Below, piece after piece: positions 41,193-51,019 of a stretch of DNA of 64,000 nucleotides. The notes under the pieces are model-generated. The model was not told the origin of the DNA. It worked only from the letters and a program-made list of their open reading frames with translations, and did no database searches. Numbering within the stretch: the stretch's first letter is position 1; every line of letters starts with the position of its first letter. Source of the stretch: Azolla caroliniana (Eukaryota > Plantae > Polypodiophyta); NCBI GenBank assembly GCA_043228905.1, contig JBHGNT010000003.1, positions 22,940,001-23,004,000 of the forward strand. The letters are read 5' to 3'. The translations under genes were made by a program, and so were the position numbers.

Positions 41193-44100
41193 TCACTTCG
41201 GCATTGGATGTCTCTCCAATCCGATCCTTTTCCGGCATGCTTCCAGCTTGTCGGGTGTGAGTACCTTGGTCAGCATATCCGACCCGTTCTCGTCCGTGTG
41301 GATCTTCGTCAGCATGAACTCCTTGTCTTCTATCCTTTCCCGGATCCAGTGGTATCTACGCTGGATGTGTTTCGTCCGGGAATGGTAGGCCGCGTTCTTC
41401 GCAAGGTGGATGGCACTCTGACTATCGCAGTAGAGCCGGCACTCCTCCTGCCGGATACCGAGCTCTCTAATGAAGTCCTTCATCCATATTATTTCCTTGC
41501 CGGCTTCAACAGCCGCCATGTACTCCGCCTCCGTGGTTGACAACGCAACCGTCTTCTGCAATCTCGACTGCCACGAAACGGCTCCCCCTGCATATGTCAT
41601 TACATACCCTGATGTAGACCGGCTGGTATCCGCATCAGCCGACATGTCCGAATCGGTAAATCCATCGAGTTCGGGCTTACCGGAGCCGAATCGGAGGCAC
41701 ATGTTCGAAGTGCCCTTTAAGTATCGGAGTATCCATTTGACCGCGTTCCAGTGCTCTTTGCCCGGATTGCTCATGTACCGGCTCACCACTCCGACTGCGT
41801 ATCCTATGTCCGGTCTTGTGCACACCATTGCGTACATCAAGCTTCCGACGGCAGAGGCATATGGTACTTTCATCATGTCCTCTTTCTCAGCCTTTGTCTT
41901 GGGGCTTTGCTTGCTGGACAACTTGCAGTTTGCCGGGAGGGTTGATCCGACCGGTCTTGCTTCCGACATGTTGAACCGGTGAAGCACCTTTGTCACGTAC
42001 TTCTCCTGTGACAGCCACAACTGCTTCTTCTTCCGGTTCCGGATGATGTGCATCCCTAGTATTTGTCTCGCCGGACCCAGGTCCTTCATTGAGAAAGTTC
42101 GGTGAAGCGCTTTCTTCAGCATCCGTATCTTGGCCTGGTCCCGTCCGACGATCAACATGTCGTCCACGTACAGGAGGAGTATTAGAGAGTCTCCTCCTTC
42201 GAATTTCTTCACAAACACGCAGTGATCGGACTGCGTTTTGTGGTACCCTTCGTCGGTCATGAAGGAGTCGAACTTCCGGTACCATTGCCGGGGAGCCTGC
42301 TTCAGTCCGTAAAGGCTCTTCTTCAACCGGCATACCAGGTGCTCCTTCCCTTTCTTCTCGAATCCTTCCGGTTGCTGCATGTAGATCTCTTCTTCGAGGT
42401 CACCGTGAAGGAATGCCGTCTTCACGTCCATCTGTTCTACCTCGAGGTCCATGCTTGCCGCTATGCTCAGCACCGTCCGGATGGAGGTCATCTTCACTAC
42501 CGGGGCAAATATCTCGTCGAAGTCGACGCCCTTCTTCTGCTGGAACCCCTTCACCACGATCCTGGCTTTGTATCTCGGGGGGTTTCCGGCATCTCCCGGT
42601 TTCAGCTTGAACACCCACTTGTTTCGAAGTGCCCGCTTTCCTTTCGGCAACTCCACAAGTTCATATGTGTGGTTCTCATGCAGGGAATCCATCTCCTCCT
42701 GCATGGCACTTAACCACCTGCGGCTATGGGTGTCAAGCTTTGCTTCTTCAAAACTCTCCGGCTCCCCCTCGTCGGTTAGCAGCACGTGCTCTGGTTCCGG
42801 AAATCTCCGGGGGGCCCTTCTCTCTCTTAGAGGATATCTCCGTTCCGGAGCTTCGGTGACCGGCTCTTCCGATTCTTCTTCATCCGAATCCATTTCGGGG
42901 TCGGGGCCGGTTCCGGTATCATTTTCATCTTCTTCGGCCGGTTCTGTTTCTTCACCGTCTTCGGCCGGATCGTCGAGTGCTAACCGGTCCCTTGCCGGTC
43001 GGGACTGCTCCTCGTAGAGTTGATCCTCACCGGTCGACTTGGAGCTCTTCATCTTCTTCTCCGACTCCCAGTCGGCGAGTGTCTTGTCCTCCATGAAGAC
43101 GATATCTCGACTCCTGAATATCTTCTTGTCGACCGGGTCCCATACTCGGTAGCCGAACTCGTCGTTGCCGTATCCGAGGAATATGCATGGCCGGGTCTTT
43201 GGATCTAACTTTCCTCTCTGGTCCTTTGCCACATGCACGTATGCGAGACACCCGAACACCTTCAGATGCCGGTAGGACACTTCCTTACCGGTCCACACTT
43301 TCTGCGGCGTGTCTCCGTCCAAAGGTACTGAGGGTGATCTATTTATCACATACGTCGCCGTCGACATTGCCTCAGCCCAAAATCCCTTGGGTAATTTCGC
43401 ATGTGCTAGCATACTCCGGACCCTCTCCATTATGGTCCGGTTCATCCTCTCGGCCAGCCCGTTCAGTTCCGGCGTCTTCGGCACAGTAAACTCGAGCCGG
43501 ATTCCCTTCGAGCGACAGTACTCCACGAACTGCCCCCGGTATTCCCCTCCGTTATCCGCTCGTATCGCTTTCAGCTTCTTGCCGGATTCCCTTTCCACTC
43601 TTGCGTGGAGTTCTTTGAAGACGCACAACACTTGGTCCTTTGTCTTCATCGGTGCCGTCCACAGTTTTCGGCTATGATCATCTATGAATGTTACGAAGTA
43701 CTGGGCTCCGCCATGTGACTTCGTTTCTACCTGACACACATCAGTGTGTACCAACTCCAATGGTACACTACGTCTCGTCGGTGGCCTTGAGTGGAAGGAG
43801 GTTCGGTTCTGCTTACCGGCCAGGCAATCGGTGCACTTCTCCAGGTGCACATGCTTCACTGGAATAAGGTTGTCTTTTGCAAGCCTCTTCATCCCCTTCT
43901 CACTCATGTGGCACAGTCTTTTGTGCCACAGCTCACCGGCAGTGTCGGCTGCCACATTCAGCTCTTCCGGACATAACCGGGCATTCATCAAGTACAGTGT
44001 GTTGTCTTTCCGGGCCCGAGCCACTATCAGGCTCCCCTTGCTGAAGTTCATTACGCCGTTCCGGATGCTACCTGTGTAGCCTTCATCGTCTAGCCTCCCG

Positions 44101-44461
44101 GCCGAAATCAGGTTCAATCGAACCTCCGGAACGTGTCGGACATCCTTCAGCAGCATTTTACATCCGGTCGGGGTTGTCAACCACACGTCTCCTATGCCGG
44201 CAATCCGGCACGTACCTTCATTTCCCATCCGAACACAGCCATGTTCACCGGCTGTGTAGGATGAGAAGTATCTTCTCTCCGGGGTCAGGTGGAACGATGC
44301 TCCGGAATCAACCACCCAGGTCGTCTCATCGCCGGCAATGTTTAGTTCACCTTCTTCGGTGATGAGCATGATTTCTTCCTCACTTGCCGCGAGTGCCGTC
44401 GTTCCTTTCCGGTCCTGCCCTCGCCGATCCGGACAACTCCGGTCCGTGGCTCCCCGGTATG
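41193..44461 (-). CDS. pol: Copia Gag-Pol C-terminal part (PR, INT, RT, RNase H)
   Basis: WVVDSGAS, LWHKRLCH, VHTDV, QMDVKTAFLHG, LYVDDM, RTKHI; uninterrupted frame. Confidence 0.96.
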
Positions 44462-44922
44462 CACCGTGTCAGGAATCAGTAGTAAGACGGAGACGGAATT
44501 AGTACTAAACGAAGGATTAGTACTACAGAGAAGGGATTAGTACTAAACGAAGGATTAGTACTATGAGGGGTGTAGAACTTCTTGAGAGAGAAGGAAGAAG
44601 TGAGCGAGACAGAGAGACAGAGAGAGAGAGAAATATATGTATTACGTGAAGAGAATGTACAACTGTGGCTAGAAGGCTTAAGACTGGCGTTGAACCAATT
44701 TGGTTCAACATAACGCCTAGTGCCCTCTTTTATAGTATTTCTAAGAGTAATCCTGAAGCTTCTAGAATGTTCCAGAGAAATCTGGAATATACATCAATTT
44801 CTAAAATAAAACATAAATGAAAATAATATCCTACAACTTATAATGTATAGTCTAATGGTAAGACCTCGACCCATGTAGCATAAGGTCATGGGTTCGAGTC
44901 TTGCCATGACACTATCCCCCCC

Positions 44923-47900
44923 TTAAAAACGACGAGTGTCACGAGTCGTTTTGGATTGAGGACCCGGTTTGTGTGGATATCGACGATGGAAGTCTTCGAG
45001 AAGAGCACGAGCATTGGTCACATTCTCGATCGGCTCCCAAGTACGCTCGCTGGGACTATATCCTAGCCAATCGACTAGATAGTAGAGCTTGTTGCGAGTA
45101 ATCTTGGAATCAAGGATGGCGGCAACCTCGTACTCAGGTCCATCTTCAAGCTCGATCGGGGGTGGAGGTGGTGGAATACGGCCTGGAATGGTGCTTTCGC
45201 GATAGGGTTCGAGGAGAGAACTATGGAACACCGGATGAATCCGAAGGTGCGGAGGGAGTTCGAGCCGAAAAGCAACATCATTAATCTTCCCGATAATACG
45301 GAAAGGACCTAACCGCCGATAGTCCAACTTCTCACATGGGCGAGTAGTCTTGACGTGTCGTCGAAGCAGCCATACCCGATCGCCAATGTCAAAACTGGAT
45401 GGAAGTCGATGACGATCCGCATAAACCTTGTGTGCTTGTTGAGCTTGCTGGAGCTGAGTAGATAGATCCGCTTGTATCTTGTGTAATCGCTCCAAACGAT
45501 CCTCTGCGCAAGGATTCGTGGGCAATTCTGGGGTTTCAACTACACACCATCGGGGATGACAACCTGTGTAAGCATAAAATGGGGTAACCTTTGTTGAGGA
45601 GTGGACGGAGTTGTTATATGCAAACTCGGCGAAATGGAGAATATCTGCCCAATCATCTTGATGGTAACTTAGAAAACACCGAAGATACTGCTCCAACGTT
45701 TGATTTGTTCGTTCTGCCTGGCCGTCTGTTTGCGGGTGGTAGCCGGAGGAAAGGTTACAAGTCACTTGAAGCATTTTAAAGAAGTGCTTCCAAAACTTCG
45801 AAACGAATTGGGGTCCACGATCGCTGATGATGCTATCAGGGAGGCCGTGATGCCGACATACTTCGCGCATAACAATCTCGGCGGTTCCTTCACTGGATAT
45901 TTCTTTAGTACATGGTAGGAAATGAGCCATCTTCGTATAGCGATCTACGACTGTTAAGATCGCATCGAATCCCTTAGACATCGGGAGGTCCGTGATGAAA
46001 TCTAGAGCAATGGATTGCCACGGCTTACTCGGAATTGGTAATGGTTCTAACAAACCATATGGATGATGCCTTGGCATTTTTGCCCTGCAACATGTATCAC
46101 AAGTCCGAACAAAATCTTCGACAAATTGTCGCATGTGGGGCCACCAGAATGAGCGTTGTACTAAATCTAATGTTTTAGTACTACCAAAATGCCCAGCAGT
46201 ATATGTATCATGACAGCTTTGGACTACTTGAAGGCGACCAGTACCATTAGGAACATACAAGAGTGTCTTAAAAAATAGTAATCCATCATGGTATTGGAAT
46301 TGCCGATAATCCGTACCTGGTTGTTGCGATTCCGAACAAGATGCTTGAGAGGGATCGATTTGTTTTAGAATGGCTTGGGCGAATGCATCCGTCTTCAAGT
46401 CCTCCCGTATGGTATCGATAACGCGAGAATCCATGGGCATGTCGAAGATCTGTGCTGCTTGTAGTCGTGCCGGTCCCAAGATGACTTGCTTTTGGTTATC
46501 GAAGGCTGGCTCGCCGGGACGCGGTGCTAGATATGAACGTCGTGATAATGCATCCGCCTTCCCTTGGTGCTTCCCCGGTCGATAAGTAATTTTGAAGTCG
46601 AAACGTGTGAGGAAGTGGGCCCACCGGGCTTGACGTCGATTCAGCACACGAGCATCCTGAAAGTAGGCAAGGTTCTTGTGGTCACTGAATACAGTGACTG
46701 GGTGAGGGGATCCCTCTAGGAAATGCCTCCATTGCATAAATGAATCCACTATTGCCAAGAGTTCCTTATCATGTATCTCGTAGTTGATTTCGGCGGCGTC
46801 AAACTTTCGTGAATGAAAAGCCACAGGATGTAGCTTCTCGTCATTACCATGTTGTGACAGAATGCTCCCCAATGCGAAATCCGATGCGTCAGCTTCGATA
46901 ATGAATGGTTTTTCTGGATCGACATGACCCAGAATTGGAGCTGATGTAAACGCCTTTTTCAGATTCTCGAAAGCCAAGTCTGTTTCTTCAGACCAAATGA
47001 ACGCTTGCCCCTTTCTGGTAAGCTGTGTGAGAGGCAGAACGATCCTTGAGTAATCTTGGATGAACTTCCGGTAAAAATTGGCAAAGCCTAGAAAACACTG
47101 CACATCCCGCACCGAACGCGGAGTCTGCCAATCCACCACCGTTTTGACTTTAGCTGGGTCCATGGAGATGCCTTCTGAGGAGATGACATAGCCGAGAAAT
47201 TCCACCTGGTTGCACCCGAAACTACATTTTTCTAGTTTTGCATACAGATCATGTTCTCGAAGTCGTTTTAGTACTGATAGTACATGAGAATCATGCTCTT
47301 CCTGGGTCTTCGAATAAACCAATAGATCATCCAAGTAGATGATCAAAAAATTATCCAACAGGTCTCGGAATATATCGTTTGCCATGTGCTGGAAGACTGC
47401 CGGCGCATTAGTGAGACCGAACGGCATGACTGTATACTCGAAGTGCCCGTATCTAGTACGAAACGCCGTCTTCCATTCGTCTCCTGGTCGAATTCGTACG
47501 AGGTTATATGCTCCTCGTAAGTCGATCTTCGTGAAGAACCTGGCACCATTGATCCGTTCTAAAAGACTTGAGATAAGGGGCAGTGCATACCTATTCCTGA
47601 TGGTGACTTTATTTAAGCCACGATAGTCGACAACAAGGCGAAGAGATCCGTCCTTCTTCTTGACGAAGAAAATAGGTGCGCCTGCGGGAGATTTTGAATG
47701 CCGAATGAAACCATTAGCCAAATTCTCCTCTATGTAGGCTCGAAGGACTTCTAGCTCCGTAGGTGACAAATTGTAGATTGGCCCCCATGGCGGCTCCTTT
47801 CCTGGTTGTAGATCGATGGGGCAATCGTACGGTCGATGATGAGGAAGTGTGTTGGCTTGTATTTTATCGAACACATCAGCATACTGACGATACTTCTCGG

Positions 47901-48501
47901 GAAGTTGAACGATGGACTCCTCTTTGGTGGTGCTGGAGGGTTGTACTGATATTGCGAAGAGAAACATGTCCTCCTTGTGCCCTTCCTCACGCAACTGATG
48001 TAGTGAAATGGTTGCAATCTTCTGGGTAGATCCTTGGGTTTGTCGAAACTGAATTTTCCTTGTCCTCCAATCTATGTCTGGGTTATGTAACTCAAACCAT
48101 GGTAATCCTAAAACTATGGGATGTTCTGGAATACTAATTATATTAAATGATATTACACATGCTAGATTATCTAGGACAACATTAACGGGCTCTGATTCTT
48201 CTATGATATTTCCGGAAGCAATGGGACGACCATCAATGACTACTACGGAGGCTGGACACGAGAGTTTTCTAAGAGATATCTGATGAGCTTGGGCAAAATT
48301 CTTATCCATAAAGCAAGAGTTTGCTCCGGAATCTAGGAGTGCTAAGACATGTACTGGAGGGGTACTTTTAGTACTAACGGCTACTTGGGCTACGAACACA
48401 TTGCTAACTTGCTTAGAGGAAATGGAACCACTAGTGGGCTGCACAGATCTAGGGCTGTCCAACCAAACGGCTCCTATTTTGGCTGGACTTAGTCGTTTAA
48501 C
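44923..48501 (-). CDS. pol: Gypsy Pol (PR, RT, RNase H, INT, chromodomain), in the -1 frame relative to gag
   Basis: LLDSGA, YLDDLL, ADAS, HHCC zinc finger, SDRGPQF, GPF, EYEVAAILDSK...YLVDWLGY...TWEP. Confidence 0.97.
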   Translation of the reverse strand, partial: VKRLSPAKIGAVWLDSPRSVQPTSGSISSKQVSNVFVAQVAVSTKSTPPVHVLALLDSGANSCFMDKNFAQAHQISLRKLSCPASVVVIDGRPIASGNIIEESEPVNVVLDNLACVISFNIISIPEHPIVLGLPWFELHNPDIDWRTRKIQFRQTQGSTQKIATISLHQLREEGHKEDMFLFAISVQPSSTTKEESIVQLPEKYRQYADVFDKIQANTLPHHRPYDCPIDLQPGKEPPWGPIYNLSPTELEVLRAYIEENLANGFIRHSKSPAGAPIFFVKKKDGSLRLVVDYRGLNKVTIRNRYALPLISSLLERINGARFFTKIDLRGAYNLVRIRPGDEWKTAFRTRYGHFEYTVMPFGLTNAPAVFQHMANDIFRDLLDNFLIIYLDDLLVYSKTQEEHDSHVLSVLKRLREHDLYAKLEKCSFGCNQVEFLGYVISSEGISMDPAKVKTVVDWQTPRSVRDVQCFLGFANFYRKFIQDYSRIVLPLTQLTRKGQAFIWSEETDLAFENLKKAFTSAPILGHVDPEKPFIIEADASDFALGSILSQHGNDEKLHPVAFHSRKFDAAEINYEIHDKELLAIVDSFMQWRHFLEGSPHPVTVFSDHKNLAYFQDARVLNRRQARWAHFLTRFDFKITYRPGKHQGKADALSRRSYLAPRPGEPAFDNQKQVILGPARLQAAQIFDMPMDSRVIDTIREDLKTDAFAQAILKQIDPSQASCSESQQPGTDYRQFQYHDGLLFFKTLLYVPNGTGRLQVVQSCHDTYTAGHFGSTKTLDLVQRSFWWPHMRQFVEDFVRTCDTCCRAKMPRHHPYGLLEPLPIPSKPWQSIALDFITDLPMSKGFDAILTVVDRYTKMAHFLPCTKEISSEGTAEIVMREVCRHHGLPDSIISDRGPQFVSKFWKHFFKMLQVTCNLSSGYHPQTDGQAERTNQTLEQYLRCFLSYHQDDWADILHFAEFAYNNSVHSSTKVTPFYAYTGCHPRWCVVETPELPTNPCAEDRLERLHKIQADLSTQLQQAQQAHKVYADRHRLPSSFDIGDRVWLLRRHVKTTRPCEKLDYRRLGPFRIIGKINDVAFRLELPPHLRIHPVFHSSLLEPYRESTIPGRIPPPPPPIELEDGPEYEVAAILDSKITRNKLYYLVDWLGYSPSERTWEPIENVTNARALLEDFHRRYPHKPGPQSKTTRDTRRF

Positions 48502-49688
48502 TCTTCTTCTAACTGACTAAGGACATCAAATTTGTTTGCTAGGTTCGGACTGTAAGTACTATTAGGACTATCATGCACACCTAGGGAAATAGACTCGGTT
48601 TTAGTACTGTTAAAACTATCATGCGTAGCTAAGGCAATAGACTCAGGTTTAGTACTATTAGTACTAGCAGTAATTTGGTTTACCTGCCTTTTTGGCCTAT
48701 GGGGACAATTTATTGCAATGTGTCCTGGTCCACCGCAGTAAAGACATAGTCGATTTGTACGACGTCGCTGCTTTTCCTCTTCGGATAATGGCCCTCGACG
48801 ACGTGTTGTGTCAATCTCCATCGGAGTCGGAGTATTCGCTGGAGGTGCAAGGTATGACTCCCTCGGAAAAGGTCTTGATGTCACTGAGGCGTAGGTGGGC
48901 TCCGATCTTGCCCTCGGCATCTGTAGTTGTCGTTCCGAACGACGCTCAAATAGACGGTTGTCGCATCTTACCGCGCGACTAATTGCTTCTGTTAAGGACT
49001 TCGGCTCTTCGGGGAAGGTCAAGAGTAAATCCTTGACATCGTTGCGTAAACCGTAACGGAATTGCTCCATTAACGCTTGATCATCCCAAGGAATATCGGC
49101 GGCGAGTAGGCGAAAATCTGCAGCGTATGCGGAGGCTGGACGATCACCTTGACGTAATCGCCGAATTTTGTTGATTGCGGTTCTGATGCTGTCAGTATCT
49201 CCGAAACATGCTTTAAACTCACCGATAAATTCTTCAAAATTATTGAGCAACGGGGATTCCTTTTCTAATAGGGGAGCGAACCACGCCAACGCTGAGCCAC
49301 TTAATAAAGTTCCTACTAAACCCACTCGTGATGCATCGGTGGGATATCGACAAGGATGCATTTGAATAACTAGTCGTACCTGATTAAGGAACCCTCTAAA
49401 CTGCGATCGCGTTCCATCAAACTTCGTGGGAAGGCCAATCTTGGGTTCTTTATGAGTTCCTTGTGTTGCGGGCCCGTGTTGTTGCATCGCCACGATGGTT
49501 GCTTCGAGTTGTTGTACGCGTAACGCAAGTTCCCCATGCTGTTGCTGCGTTTGCTGTTTTTCTAAGGAGATTTGTTGAAGATCCCCCAGCAACCGTTGGT
49601 TTTCTTGTTCCAAAGCATGAAATTTCTCCTTCAAACATTGAAACTCCGAAAAAACGGATTGATATTCTTCAGCGCTAACAGTGGCCAT
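48489..49688 (-). CDS. gag: Gypsy Gag with CCHC knuckle
   Basis: PTKFDGTR, LRQGDRPASAY, CLYCGGPGHIAINC. Confidence 0.96.
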   Translation of the reverse strand: MATVSAEEYQSVFSEFQCLKEKFHALEQENQRLLGDLQQISLEKQQTQQQHGELALRVQQLEATIVAMQQHGPATQGTHKEPKIGLPTKFDGTRSQFRGFLNQVRLVIQMHPCRYPTDASRVGLVGTLLSGSALAWFAPLLEKESPLLNNFEEFIGEFKACFGDTDSIRTAINKIRRLRQGDRPASAYAADFRLLAADIPWDDQALMEQFRYGLRNDVKDLLLTFPEEPKSLTEAISRAVRCDNRLFERRSERQLQMPRARSEPTYASVTSRPFPRESYLAPPANTPTPMEIDTTRRRGPLSEEEKQRRRTNRLCLYCGGPGHIAINCPHRPKRQVNQITASTNSTKPESIALATHDSFNSTKTESISLGVHDSPNSTYSPNLANKFDVLSQLEEELND

Positions 49689-50214
49689 GGGATGAAAGAG
49701 AAGAGGAATTAAGAGACTAGTAGGAAAGGGGAGAGATAAGAGGGAGAGGAAGGAAAAATTGGTTCAAACTGTCAGGAATCAGTAGTAAGACGGAGACGGA
49801 ATTAGTACTAAACGAAGGATTAGTACTACAGAGAAGGGATTAGTACTAAACGAAGGATTAGTACTATGAGGGGTGTAGAACTTCTTGAGAGAGAAGGAAG
49901 AAGTGAGCGAGACAGAGAGACAGAGAGAGAGAGAAATATATGTATTACGTGAAGAGAATGTACAACTGTGGCTAGAAGGCTTAAGACTGGCGTTGAACCA
50001 ATTTGGTTCAACATAACGCCTAGTGCCCTCTTTTATAGTATTTCTAAGAGTAATCCTGAAGCTTCTAGAATGTTCCAGAGAAATCTGGAATATACATCAA
50101 TTTCTAAAATAAAACATAAATGAAAATAATATCCTACAACTTATAATGTATAGTCTAATGGTAAGACCTCGACCCATGTAGCATAAGGTCATGGGTTCGA
50201 GTCTTGCCATGACA

Positions 50215-51019
50215 CACCGTTTCTCTCCGGTGACTTCTTCGAATCGGTGTCGTCGGCTCCGTTGTCCTTTCGGTAATGCCGACAATTCTTCCGGAAGTGC
50301 CCCGGCTTCCCACAGTGGAAGTATGTGGGTCTTCCTCTTGACTGCGACCGGGTCCCCGACTTCTCCCGTCTTTGCGGACTCCGGTTCCATTGTCTTCCCC
50401 GTTCCGATTCGGTAAGCAGCGCCTTCGAGTCGGAGGCCGGTTCTTTATCTCTCCGACGCGCTTCTTCGTTCAAAATACTTGTCTTTACCGTTTGTAGAGA
50501 CAAGTTATCTTCGGTGCAGGAGGTGCTGAGAGTCACCACCAAGTTCTCCCAGCTCTCCGGCAATGTACACATCAGAATGATGGCTTGCATTGCATCCTCC
50601 AACGGGAACTTGATCGCCGCAAGCTGGTTCACGAATCCCATGAACGTGCTCACGTGTTCCACCATATTCTCGCCGTCCCGGTACTTGAGGTTCACTATCT
50701 TCCTCATCAGGGAGGTCCGGTTCAACGCATTCTTCCTCTCGTAGAGGCCCGACAGCTTCTTCCACATCTCATATGCGTTGGTGTCGTTCGCCACATGTTG
50801 TAGGACACTTACATCGACATATTGCCGGATCGTCGCTACGGCTTTCCGGTTTAGGAGCTTCCACTCCGACTCTATTACTCCCTTGGGTATCTCGGCATTG
50901 TCGATCGGTTCGTACAGGTCTCGGACGATGAGAAGGTCTTCCATCTTTATCTTCCAGTCGGCGTAGTTCTGTGAGTTCAACACCATCATGCCCGGAGGCC
51001 CACTACCGCCGCCTTCCAT
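50215..51019 (-). CDS. gag: Copia Gag N-terminal part
   Basis: LNSQNYADWKIKMEDLL and UBN2-like region; joins 44461-41193 in frame (4074 bp, 1357 aa) after removing the gypsy and one TSD copy. Confidence 0.93.

Larger units (their letters stand above)
44467..50214 (-). mobile_element. Intact young Ty3/gypsy chromovirus (Tcn1/Tf1-sushi-like)
   Basis: 445-bp LTRs 44467-44911 and 49770-50214, identical by eye; TSD CACCG; G-rich PPT 44912-44924; intact gag and pol. Confidence 0.98.

Noticed and set aside
41208-44362. Many plus-strand ORFs opposite copia pol
   Set aside because: Shadow ORFs expected from GC-rich codon usage; no domain motifs
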